Shown piece by piece: positions 12,108 through 23,039 of a stretch of DNA of 64,000 nt. Source of the DNA: Rebecca billardiae RCC1528 (taxonomy: Eukaryota > Protista > Haptophyta). The position numbers and the translations under genes were made by a program. A model generated the notes under the pieces. That model saw nothing but the letters and a program-made list of their open reading frames with translations, made no database searches and was not told where the DNA came from. Position 1 is the stretch's first letter; every line of letters begins with the position of its first letter. The stretch is from contig OZ251233.1 in the NCBI GenBank assembly GCA_965240325.2, positions 434,001 to 498,000 on the forward strand, read 5' to 3'.

Positions 12108-13294
12108 ATGGTCACCTGGTCCGTCCTCTTCACGCTCGTGGCGGCTCGCGTCGACCCCAAGGAGTATGCGCTGCGTTTTGAAGGCGCCAGCAGCGTCGCT
12201 TGGCGGAGCACCGGTACCCTCAAGCACGCCCTCGCAGATGGGGTCAAGATCGTGGCCACCAAGGCCGCCAACAAGATTGCGGTGAGTGCGGTGTGCAGCC
12301 CATCCGCCGTGCTCGCCATGGAGTTTCTCGACCGTGTTTCTATTCGTCCGTATGGACCCTGGCTTGGCACAGGCTCGATGGACGAGCCCGAGGAGCTCGA
12401 CTTTGTCATCCAGGACGCGTCCCTCACCCTGAACGTGAGCAACAGGACCTTCGATCTGCGAGTGATGCTCGCAGCGCGTGCCGAGGTGGGCTGGTGGATT
12501 GCTCCCTCGTCGAACGGCAATCCCACATGCCGACAGAGGAATGGCGTTCTCAAGTGCGAGTACGGCGGCGACACTGCCATCTACTTTGAGCGCCTGCCAT
12601 CTACTTTGAGCGCAAGCCCGGCTTTCTGAACCACGTGTACGTGAGCACCTTGCAGCATCACCAGCTGCTGCCGGCGTACTCGCAGCACGCGCTGGCCTTT
12701 GACGTGGAGCGTGTGGTAGGCCCCGGCAGGGTCAGCTTCGTCGGGAACGCCTTCGACTTTGCGCTGGACTCAGCACACTCCTTAAATCCGCAGTCAGTGT
12801 CCTTCTGCGAGGTCGCCACCCCGTCACAGGAGGATGGCAAGTGGCAGGCGGGCTCACGCGAGCGTCCTCACGAGCGCATGTGCTACTGGACAGAGTACAA
12901 CAAAGTCGGCAACCCCCGCAACAATCTCCATAGCACGCTCGTGGCCAAGGGCACGCTCACTCTCACCATGGACGGCGGAGAGAAGCTCTCGTGTGCTGGC
13001 TTCACCATCGATCAACACGCTTTTTACTTTGGCATGCCAGGGTGCGCCTGGCGTGAAGTAGCCGTTGCACCTCCATCGCCGTCAACACAGCGTCCGATCT
13101 CGGCCATCTTGGCCGAGCAGTCACAGCACGGCGCCAATCGGCATCTCACCGAGATGGCGTACCTCTGTGACTGTGGGCACGACACCATGGCACTCAAGGT
13201 GGTGTCTCCCCCGAATGGCTTTGATTACAAGCGCATGCCTGAGTATGATCCCGGGCTGGTATTCGACATCTACCAGAGCTCTGGCGGCGGCTGA
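12108..13294 (+). pseudogene. Hypothetical secreted protein frameshifted by a 20-bp tandem duplication (pseudogene or assembly error)
   Basis: MVTWSVLFTLVAA is signal-like. CTGCCATCTACTTTGAGCGC occurs at 12574-12593 and 12594-12613. Removing one copy fuses ORFs 11913-12629 and 12635-13294 (..DTAIYFERKPGFLNHVYVSTLQ..). Confidence 0.75.
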
Positions 13295-13414
13295 CCAACC
13301 ACTGCTCAGCTTTGGCACGCGACTATTACGGAGTCCAGTGTGGCGATCGTCATCATCGGTCTGCGTTGCCTGCGTTTGGGCGGCGGGACTGCGTCTGCTC
13401 CCGTAGTACATCAG

Positions 13415-13544
<130 letters not shown>

Positions 13545-13683
13545 GGCTCTTTACTCGACTACAGCTAGTACGTCAGTCCCGCCGGCGATATACGCGTACT
13601 ATATTGACGACAATCTGAGTAGCAGACTACCGTCCCGCCGGCGCCTCGAGTTCGATATGGATTCGATATCGGATATATATATA

Positions 13684-14660
13684 TGTCGTGGTGTTATTGG
13701 CACAATAATCGATTGTGTCCGCCGGCGAGAAGTACTACTGTTAAAGTACGTGGCCATACTACCAGCCGATCGACTTTGTCCGCTTGCGTCGTACAGGGCG
13801 AACCAGTCGTTGGCTGTTTTCGACGTCAACGCACCATCATCGGACGCGCGTGCTGCAGCCGCTTGCCTCGCGGTACCCCGCGCCTCCTGCTGAGCTGGCC
13901 CACTGCTGGTGAAGCGCTACACCGGTTCGAGTACAGCTGCATGGCGGATACAAATCGTCCATCACTCTGGCGGAGCAATCACCCTGAGCGCTCTCCATCT
14001 CCGCCACCAAGCATCACACAAGCTGCATCAATGACTACAAACGCGCGGCGGTCCTCTGCCAGCAATATATTCGTCCAACTCATTGATTGGCTTTCATCTA
14101 CTCACCCGCTGCAGCCAGTCGTTGATCATACATTGGGAGGCCCTCGGTTTTTGAGTACAAATGGTTGGCCGACCTCTTCCTCTTCCTGTATTCGATCGAC
14201 GGCGAGGTCGGCGAACCCAAAAAGCTTGTCAAAGCAGTCAGCTCGGATTCGATCTCGGTGACCTTCGCGCACTCGCTGCTTGGCGAGTTTACCCAATTCC
14301 CAGCTGCTGCGCCGTTCAGCTGCGTGGCTAGCTGCCCTGCTGTTTCGCAGCTCGGCACCTCGTGCCAAGTGCTCGTGCTCGTCAAGGTCAAGGACACATA
14401 TATTATGTCTAGCCGTCCTCGTGAACGCCGACGCTGGAGCCACCTCGCACGCCGCGCCTGGCGAAGCAGGCGGCAGAGGCCGGCGCCGGAAACCGATCTC
14501 CTGGGCGGCAGAAAAACCCGGACAGACTGTTTGTCCGGGAGCAGCCCTTTGAGGCGATGGTCTGTTACAGGGCGATGTGGCTGATGAGCGGCGCTGGCGC
14601 CCGGCGTTCTTGTCGTCCTCTTAGACAATCAGTTATTGTACCAGCAATAATAACCCCACA
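13684..14660. mobile_element. Putative non-autonomous TIR element (TGT...ACA) inserted in TA repeats
   Basis: TATA|TGTCG...CCCCACA|TATA, with imperfect inverted ends TGGCACAATAATCGATTGT / ACAATCAGTTATTGTACCA. Interior has lower GC and no intact ORF recognised. Confidence 0.55.
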
Positions 14661-14697
14661 TATATATGCTCTGCTCATCTTATCTATCTATCTATCC

Positions 14698-14880
<183 letters not shown>

Positions 14881-15516
14881 GTGGGAGCGCAATGCGCCGT
14901 ATCAACACCTGCCTGCCATTCAGCCTGAGCCAGGCGGCCGAGCTCAAGTCCGGCTGCCGCATCTTGGCCACCCTCTTCTCGTGCCACGAGGGACTTTCGA
15001 GCCCGTGCTCTGTCCTGTGCGCACGCACGGCGGCGGCCTAGAACGACCTACTCACTGCGCTGCTCCTGGGCCATAGGCTAACTAGGCAAGGTTGGCATGG
15101 CGGTCAGGACGGCCAATTCGTGAACTGGGTTTTTCATCAGGCGCCGAGCCAACCGTTACCGTCGCTGCTGCATGCCTCCCACTCACTCGCAGCGAGCGCC
15201 CTTCGGAAGCCGCCTGCACTGTCCGCTGATGGATGGCTGGCATGGCTGCATCAGCTCGGTTTCCGGCGGCCCGCAGCTTCGGCTTCGCCGGGTAGGCGGA
15301 ATAGGCGCCCTATATGCACGATGTCCTTCGTGCCTCGCTGTCGTGCGGCTGGCGGCTCTCGAGCTGCGTCGTCCAAGCTGCCTACTGCATCTGGATGGCG
15401 CAGGCGCTTCTAGAGGACGGCTATCAGACATGTATATATATCCCGGAGTATATACTGATTACACTGGCCGCAGTACTCTTGGCGGGATCATGACCGCGGA
15501 CGATGGTCGCGCCTGC

Positions 15517-16104
15517 CTACTCGAGCACTCGTTCGAACTCCTGCGTGATCCGGCCGTCCTTCTTCGGGCCTCGAATCGTCCACGACCAGCGGAAGCTCGA
15601 CGCCGTCTCGAAGACCATCGCCCCGGTGTACAGGTCGTTGATGCACAGGTGGTCAAACCCAAACTGCACGACGCCCTCGCTGTCGGGCGCGAGCTCGACG
15701 AAGAGGCCCTGCCCGCCAGCGACGCCCCAGCCGTCGTCGCGCGCGTCCTTCACGTCGCCGTCGACGAAGAATACGCTGACCGGCCAGTCGTCGCCGCACC
15801 GGAACGCGAGGTTCTTGTGCGTGGCGATGTCGAGCTCCGGCTGCGCATCGAGCCGCATGCGGCCCTCCTCGTGCCACATGAGCACGGAGGGCTGCGAGGC
15901 ACGCGGCGTGACGGTGACCACGCCCGACATTGTCCCACGCCACTCGGCTGGGATCGCGTAGTCAAGCCGCTTGTGCACGCGCCATCGGCCCTCCAAGTAG
16001 GAGCGCACGGCCGCGGGTGTGCGCAGGTCGACGGCCGGCGACGACGCGCCGGCGGAGGACAGGCCCAGCATCGCGCTCGTCAGCGCCGTCGCCGTGCGTC
16101 GCAT
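15517..16104 (-). CDS. DUF6314-like protein
   Basis: YLEGRWRVHKRL, WHEEGRMRL, FDHLCINDLYTG, WSWTIRGPKKDGRITQEF match the DUF6314 pattern (HxC..D.Y.G; W.V.GP.KD). Start uncertain (16104 or 16071). Confidence 0.75.
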   Translation of the reverse strand: MRRTATALTSAMLGLSSAGASSPAVDLRTPAAVRSYLEGRWRVHKRLDYAIPAEWRGTMSGVVTVTPRASQPSVLMWHEEGRMRLDAQPELDIATHKNLAFRCGDDWPVSVFFVDGDVKDARDDGWGVAGGQGLFVELAPDSEGVVQFGFDHLCINDLYTGAMVFETASSFRWSWTIRGPKKDGRITQEFERVLE

Positions 16105-16297
16105 TCGCACGCCCTCGCCCTCGCCCTCCCTCCCGTCGTGGCGCGCCCAGCACGCCCACCCGCGCTCGCTCGTCACCGAGCACACCGGGCGAGCAGCGGT
16201 GGTGATCAGGGCGGGCCTCACGATGCACGATCGACGAGGCTTCCCGCTGCGCACCGGTGCGGCGGGTGTTGCGGCGGGGACGGCCGCCCTGGCCAGC

Positions 16298-17215
16298 ATG
16301 GGGGCTGTCGAGTCGTTGATCAACACGCTCGCCTTTCCGGCGCCGCCGAGAGGCTACTCGGAGCCTGCGCTGCGCCGCAGGCCCGACCTCGTGTTCCTGC
16401 GCACGGCGAGCAGCAAGCGCATCCCGGCGATCTACAAGCGCGCGCGCAGCCCCGCGCGGGGCACGGGCCACACGCTGCTGTACTCGCATGGGAACGCGGA
16501 GGACGTGGGCATCGCGCTCGCGTACATTGACGAGCTGGCGCACGAGCTCAACGTGGACGTGCTGGCGTACGAGTACGTGGGGTACTCGATCTCAGAGGGC
16601 ACCCCGTCCGAAGCCGGCGTCTACGAGTCGATCGACGCCGCCGCCACCTACCTCACCGCCGAGTGCGGCGTGCCGCTCGGCTCGATTGTCGTTTTCGGCC
16701 GCTCGCTCGGCAGCGCGCCGTCGGTGCACCTGGCGTCGACGCGGCTGGGCGTGGCGGGGCTCGTGCTGCAGTCGCCGCTCGCGTCCGGTCTGCGCGTGCT
16801 CCACGGCACCGGCGCCTCCATCATGCTCAAGCCCTTCGACCCCTTCCAGAACTATGCAAAGATCAAGCGCGTCAAGTGCCCGTCGGTCGTGATGCACGGC
16901 ACCGCGGACGAGGTCGTGCCCTTCTGGAACGGGCAGAGCCTGCACGAGAGCTTGGAGCGCAAGGGGCTCGCGCGCGCGCCGCTCTGGGCTGAGGGCCACG
17001 GGCACAACGACATGCCAGAGGCCGCGTGCTTGCGGCACGTGCTCGCCTTCCTGCGCTCGCTGCCCGCGCCGCCGCCGCGCGACGCGCCGCCGGCCGAGTC
17101 GAGCGCCACGGCGCCGGCCGCTTCGGCCGCGTCCGCCGCGGCGGCCAGCGCGGGCGGCAGCGCGGGCGGCAGCGCAGGCGGGAGGGACAGCCCACCCGGC
17201 ATCCCTGCGCGCTGA
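16298..17215 (+). CDS. ABHD17-like alpha/beta hydrolase (putative depalmitoylase)
   Basis: LLYSHGNAEDVG, AYEYVGYSISEGTPSE, nucleophile GRSLG, HGTADEVVP and GHGHND complete a catalytic triad. Confidence 0.9.
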   Translation: MGAVESLINTLAFPAPPRGYSEPALRRRPDLVFLRTASSKRIPAIYKRARSPARGTGHTLLYSHGNAEDVGIALAYIDELAHELNVDVLAYEYVGYSISEGTPSEAGVYESIDAAATYLTAECGVPLGSIVVFGRSLGSAPSVHLASTRLGVAGLVLQSPLASGLRVLHGTGASIMLKPFDPFQNYAKIKRVKCPSVVMHGTADEVVPFWNGQSLHESLERKGLARAPLWAEGHGHNDMPEAACLRHVLAFLRSLPAPPPRDAPPAESSATAPAASAASAAAASAGGSAGGSAGGRDSPPGIPAR

Positions 17216-17656
17216 CGCATGCGCCTCGCGCGCGGCTCGCTCGGCTCGGACCGGCGTGAGCAGCCGCAGCCGCCGTTCGTCCACCGGTGCTGCAGTCACC
17301 AGTGCCTGCACCCAAGGCGCGGCACCTGCCCCTGGCTTCCACGCAGCGGGTCCACTGCGCCGACAGACCCCGCGGTGGTGCTGGTGGCATTGCTGCTGTC
17401 GAGCGGCGCGCGCTGAGAGGACAGGCTCTGAGGCAGAGTGTCAGGCGAGAGGGCAGCGCACGCGTCGTTTGCGCGTCACCCCGCCCGGGCGGGCCCGAGT
17501 CGGTCTGCTGAACCAGGCAACCAGCCAAATCCAAATGTCCGGCCGGAGAAACGAAGTCCGGTAGAATCACAGGACGATTCGCGCCTGATCTTGTAACGAC
17601 CTATTCGCTTTTTTTCCGCGCGGAGCAGGCCGCAAGGGTGGCGCCCCAGCGCCAAG

Positions 17657-19247
17657 ATGGGGCGCGCGGAGGAGGTGAAGAAGGAGCAGGCGGCGGCGAT
17701 CCGCCGGCTCGAGCTCGAGCTCGCCGACGCTCATCTGAGTGCCCACCTCCAGCGCGCGTGGGACACCAAGGTGAACATGGCGGACTCCGCCTCCTTCTCC
17801 TCTGGCTCCTCGCGCACGCAGGGCGACCTGCTCAGAGAGCGCTCGCGTCAGGCGGCGCGCGAGGTCAGGGAGAGGGAGGCGGCCACGCGCAAGCTTGCGC
17901 GCAGGCGCCAGGCGGAGTTCACGCAGCAGCTCACCGAGCAGCAGCAAGCCGCTGCCGAGAGGGCGGCGGAGCAGGAGGCGCGCGAGAACGCCGCGCTGCA
18001 GCGGCTGCGCGAGGCGCGCGATCGCGAGCGCGCCATGCGCGACACGCTACGCGACAAGCGGCAGGAGCACGCGGACGAGGTGCTCCAAAGGATCCAGGCG
18101 CGCGAGCAGGCCGCAGTCCAGCGCGCGAAGGCGCGCGCCGCGCAGGAGTCCACGCGCGCCGCGAGCGCGCTCGCCGAGCACGAGGAGCGCACCGAGCGGC
18201 TCGACAGGCGAGCCGCGCAGGAGCGGGAGAGCTACATGGAGCGGCTGGAGCGGTGGGAGCAGGTGCGCGCGCGCCCGCGCGGCAGGGCGGCAGGGCGGGC
18301 GCAGGGCGCGGCGGGCGCGCGCCTGCGAAGCGGTGCATGCGCCGCGCGCACACAGCGCGCCACCAACTCGCGCGTGCGCGCGCGCGTGCCCGCGCTATCG
18401 CTGCGGCGGCTGCTGCTGCTGCTGACTCCCGCTGTGCCCTTTGCGTGCCGGTCCGTGGCGCCGTCGGGCCCGCAGCGGCACGAGGCCAACGCCGGGCGCG
18501 TGTCCACGCTACGCGCCGAGCGCGAGCGCGCCGTCCGGCAGCGCGCGGCCGACGCGGCCGAGGCGCGCAGCGCCGCGCACAGCCAGTGGCGCGCCAACGT
18601 GGACGGCGAGGCGGAGGACGCGATGCGCAATTACGAGGTCCGGGCGTCGCGCTCGACGGCGGTGCGCGCGGCGAGGCGCAGGGCGGAGCGGGAGCAGCTC
18701 GCGCAGGCCGCAAAGGCCGACCGCGAGCGCGTGGCGCGCCAGCTGCACCAGCTGGAGTCCGAGCAGCGCGAGAGGCGGCGCAGGGCTGAGGCGCAGTACC
18801 TGGCCACCATCAGGCGAGCAGAGGTGCGGCCGCGCGCGGGCGCGGCGTGCCGCGGGCTGCGCTCGGCCTGCGCAGCGGCGCGCGGCGCGCGGCGCGCGCA
18901 TCGCACGCCGCCTCACTCCGTGCGCCGCGTGCCGTGTGCTGCCACGTCCGCGCGCGCGCGCCCCGCCCGCGCAGGCCATCAAGGCGCAGAGGCTCGCAGA
19001 CGAGCGCGCGCGCGCCGAGTCCATGCACAAGCAGTTCATGTTCAGGTCGGAGCTCGAGCGCGTGCGCGAGCAGATGGCGCTCGGCTCGTCGGTGGAGAGG
19101 CTGGACGTGGGGAGCCTCCCCGTGCGCCTGCCCTCGGACGCCACGCTCCCGCCGATGCGGGTAGGCAGGTCGGCGCAGTCGACGTCTGGGCGCACCGGCG
19201 CCCACATGACAAGTAGTGTGGAGATCACGCACATCACTACGCTGTGA
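17657..19247 (+). CDS. Hypothetical coiled-coil protein
   Basis: E/R/Q/A-rich helical exons. Introns 18263-18475 and 18824-18974 give a continuous frame ending EITHITTL*. Confidence 0.7.
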
Positions 19248-20101
19248 ACAGTGAAGTGTGAGTGTCCTATAGTAGTGCCTAGTCGGTCACTCTCCGCCCG
19301 TCGTAGCGCGTACGGTCCGTGACCATCGTCAGTATAGTACGTACGCGACTGATATGAGACGGTCGTACTCACGGGTCCCGGCCGGCGCCTGCTGCGCGGA
19401 ACTTAGATCACGACTGAGAAGTGAGATGCAATGACGACTGATCAGATGGCGGCCGCCCATCGGCATCAATGTCATCATCTATCGTCGCACTCGCGATCTA
19501 CAATGCTGATATCGTAGTCGCAATAATGCGCCGCCAATCTCGGCCACGCAGCGTTGATGACGGCACAGACTGAGACAGTCAGCCGCGGTCGGCACACTGG
19601 GCCTGTGACTGGGACTGGGACTTGGGAGTGGGAGTGCTGCGGGACTGGCGGCCGAACGTGAGGCGGTCGGACGCACATCAGAGATGACGATCGGCGAGTG
19701 GCATCACGGACAGGCGCGCGGCGCGCGCACGCGGTACAGTATCTCGGAGTAGTATCGTACGTGTGCCGCATGCATCATGTGCCGCCGCCCGCCAATCGTC
19801 AGACATCAGAGTCCAGCGCGCTCTGACGTCAGCCGAGCCCCCAGCCTGGCCCTGGCCCCGTATTCAGGCGGCGGCCGCAATCGAGCGCATATCGTGCGCA
19901 TTCTATGCATCAGCAGGGATCCGAATCGAGGCCTGCGCAGGCAACATCTTGGCCGCGCGAGAGCAGAGTCTCGCGGCCGCCACGCCACCCACAGTCAGGC
20001 AGGCCAGCGATCGCGTCGCAGATGACCGCGTGATGAGGTTGACGACTCATCAGCCACACGGCGTCCAGAGGACCAGCGCACCGGCGCGGCGGGCAGCCAG
20101 C

Positions 20102-22537
20102 TCACGCGCCGTGCACGTGCGGGCTGCTGCCGAGCGAGTCGTCTCGGATGGGCACAAAGTTGACCGGCGTGACGGTCGGCAGCCTGACCTTGGCGCGGGG
20201 CTGGGAGGGCGAGGTGGTGACCACGCTCGCCTCGGTTGCCGCCGCCGGCGCCGACTCCGCCCACGCGCGCTCCAGCTCGGCCTCGGGCTCCTCGAAGGAC
20301 GTGCGCGCGCGCCAGCGCCGCATGCGGCGCGCGAGGACCCAGATGGCGCACACGAGGACGCAGCTCGAGATGGCGAGACCGGCGTAGCCCGCGACCGGCA
20401 GCTGCAGCTCGGGGGCGAGGCCGGCGGGGCGGTGCAGCTCGTCGGGCGAGTCGTCGCCGTCACCGCCGCGCCGCCCGCCCTCCTCCTCCTCACCCGTCGC
20501 GGCGGGCGTCGGCGAGGGGCTCGGCGGCGGCGGCGGGATCGGCGAGCTGATGCTGGGCACGAGCTGAGCGTCGACCAGCTCGGTGAATGCGGCGGCGGAG
20601 CCAAACGTGCTGAGCAGGCTGCTGAGCGTGGCGGCGGCGCGGGCGGGATCGCTCCCGCGCGCCGACGCCGCCACGTCCGCCACCGCCTGCGTGAGCGGCC
20701 CCTGGATGGCCTTCTGCACCTTGGCGATCTCGGCCAGCATGTAGGACAGCAGCTGGTCGAGTGACACCGCCTGGAGCGCGCGCGACTGCCGCGCCGCCCC
20801 CGAGCCGAGCCGCCGCCTCCGGCCGCCCTCGGCGGGCTCGGCGGGCGCCGTCTGGTCGGGCGAGCCCACCGTGGCCCGGAGCTGCGCGAACGCGTCGCTG
20901 AGCGCGCCGAGGGCCGTCGCCACCGCCGCGGCGACCGCGTCGAGCACCTCGGCCGGCAGGTTGTACTCGTGCACCGCCGCGGAGGGCGAGATCGCAATCT
21001 CGAGCAGCAGCATCAGCACCGCGGTCTCGTTGTGCGCGAGCGTGGGCGCGCGGCCCGGGCTGAGCGAGGCGGACGTGCCGTTGGCCGAGGCGCAGAGCCA
21101 CCACTCGGCGAGCAGCCACTGCCCGCGCTGCGCCGAGCGGAACGCCGGCGCCAGCCAGCCCGCGCGCTCGGGCGCGGGCGCGCTCGGCGGCGCGAAGAGC
21201 GCGCTGAGCAGCCCGCTGAGGGTCGAGACCTCCAGAGCGGACTCGAGCACGGCGGTGGCGGCAGGGAGGTCCTCTCCGCCCCAGAGCGCGCGCAGCGGGT
21301 CCCAGCTGAAGATGGGCACCGCCGTCCGCGCCTCGGCCCCGTCTGCGCCCGCGGGCTCGTCGAGCGCGGGCCACGCGTACCACGCGCCCAGCCGCTCCGA
21401 GAGCGCCGTGACTGCACCCAGCTCCGTGTCCGTGTCAGCGGCGACCACCGGCTGGTCTGCGTACACGCACGCGCTCATGCCGCTCGACACCGCGCTCGCC
21501 TCGAGCGCGCGCGCAAGCACGAGCAGGCTGCTCAGCGGCGAGAGCACCAGCTGCTCGAGCTCGCTCCTCATCACGACGGCCATGTATGGCGGGGCATACA
21601 TGTCCGCCGTGCCGTTCAGGCCGGTGTAGGAGTCGACGCACGCGCCAGCCGCGCGCTCGGCGCTGACGGGGCTGGACAGCGGCGAGAGCACGACGAGTGG
21701 CGCGCCGCGCGCGGCGAGGGCGGCCGAGCTCGTGCCCGCCGCAGTCGTGGGCGTCGCGTACCGCTCGCACACCGCGTCGGTGACGTTGGCGAGGCTGAGG
21801 CCCGCCGCCTCCATCGCCTCGCGAAGGTTTGCAACTCCGTGCTCGCTCGTCAGGCCGACGGGCTCTGCGCTCGGCGTGAGGACGCCGTCGGCGTCGACGT
21901 CGAGGCCTATCGTGCAGTCGGTCATGTATCCGTCGTACGCGGTCGCCATCTGTGGCCACGGCGGCGGCGGCGGCGGCGGCGAGGGCGACGTGAGAGGCAC
22001 GTCCACCGGCAGTGGCGTGGGCGTTGGCGAGGGCGAGAGCGCAGCGCCGCCATCTCCGATCGAGCTGCCTATGGAGACGCCGAGGGAGGCGCCGATGGAG
22101 GCGCCGATGGAGGCGTCGATGGGGCCACCCCCGGGAGGTAGGAACGGAGCCGGTGAAGGCAGCGGCGAGAGGATTGGCGGCTCCGCGGCGATCGAGCCGC
22201 CGATGGAGGCGTCGATGGAGGCGTCGATGACTGTGTGGTGGCGCGCGGGCGGCGCCGCACGCGGCCATGAGCTCGGCCACGAGGAGGGCCACGAGGACGG
22301 GGAAGACAGCGGGACTTCGACGGCAGAGAGAACGGGCATGGATGATGGCGCGATCCGTATGTCACCTGCGATCGAGCCGCCGATCGAGGCATCCAGCACG
22401 CGATTGATCACGCCATGTGCGTGTCGCGCGGACGGCGGTGGCGCCATGCCCAGTGACACGACAGGCGCTCCATCGGACGGGAGCTCCGCAAAGCCCGCGA
22501 GGAGCAGCAGCAGCAGCAGCGTGCGTATGACCGTCAT
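20102..22537 (-). CDS. Type I membrane/cell-surface protein with DASIG repeats and a DGY...D.D.DG...D.YTG...SPLSSL domain
   Basis: Signal peptide MTVIRTLLLLLLLAG, Pro-rich linkers, TM YAGLAISSCVLVCAIWVLA followed by RRMRR; intronless. Confidence 0.75.
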   Translation of the reverse strand: MTVIRTLLLLLLLAGFAELPSDGAPVVSLGMAPPPSARHAHGVINRVLDASIGGSIAGDIRIAPSSMPVLSAVEVPLSSPSSWPSSWPSSWPRAAPPARHHTVIDASIDASIGGSIAAEPPILSPLPSPAPFLPPGGGPIDASIGASIGASLGVSIGSSIGDGGAALSPSPTPTPLPVDVPLTSPSPPPPPPPWPQMATAYDGYMTDCTIGLDVDADGVLTPSAEPVGLTSEHGVANLREAMEAAGLSLANVTDAVCERYATPTTAAGTSSAALAARGAPLVVLSPLSSPVSAERAAGACVDSYTGLNGTADMYAPPYMAVVMRSELEQLVLSPLSSLLVLARALEASAVSSGMSACVYADQPVVAADTDTELGAVTALSERLGAWYAWPALDEPAGADGAEARTAVPIFSWDPLRALWGGEDLPAATAVLESALEVSTLSGLLSALFAPPSAPAPERAGWLAPAFRSAQRGQWLLAEWWLCASANGTSASLSPGRAPTLAHNETAVLMLLLEIAISPSAAVHEYNLPAEVLDAVAAAVATALGALSDAFAQLRATVGSPDQTAPAEPAEGGRRRRLGSGAARQSRALQAVSLDQLLSYMLAEIAKVQKAIQGPLTQAVADVAASARGSDPARAAATLSSLLSTFGSAAAFTELVDAQLVPSISSPIPPPPPSPSPTPAATGEEEEGGRRGGDGDDSPDELHRPAGLAPELQLPVAGYAGLAISSCVLVCAIWVLARRMRRWRARTSFEEPEAELERAWAESAPAAATEASVVTTSPSQPRAKVRLPTVTPVNFVPIRDDSLGSSPHVHGA

Positions 22538-23039
22538 CGGCCCTTGGTCGCACGGCTTTGAGCGTGCGGGCAACGGCTGTTGAGTAGGTGAGGTGGGTCC
22601 AGGGGCGGGACCGGCTGCCCAGGGAGGTCGTTGCTCAGCGACTTTCGGCTGAACGGAACCGGCGAGGACCGGAATGTAACCGGTGAGAATATGCTCTATC
22701 TACGGGATCCTTCAACGTTTCACCGTCGACAGGTGGAATCAGACCGGCTGCTTGTAACGGATTTACCGGCCTTACCCTCGACTGTCCTTGGGACCGGTAC
22801 CCGCTTCGAGGAATACTCATATCAAGGGCCTTGGATGCTGATCGTCCATATCTGCCATCAGCCCGCAAACTGCCAACTGGGTGTCGCCGTTTCACGTCAC
22901 TGTGCCTGTGGCACCTCACCGTAGTCACTGCAGGCGTGCGGGCCTTGCGGGCTAAGTATCGACTAAGCGGGCCTGGGGCTCGAACTACGGTCAGCCCAAG
23001 GTCAGCCAGTCTAAGTCAGCTGCAGCCTCGCAGTTGCCG

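Noticed and set aside
12627-12635. Stop read-through or two-gene operon
   Set aside because: The ORFs are in different frames and the 20-bp duplication explains the break.
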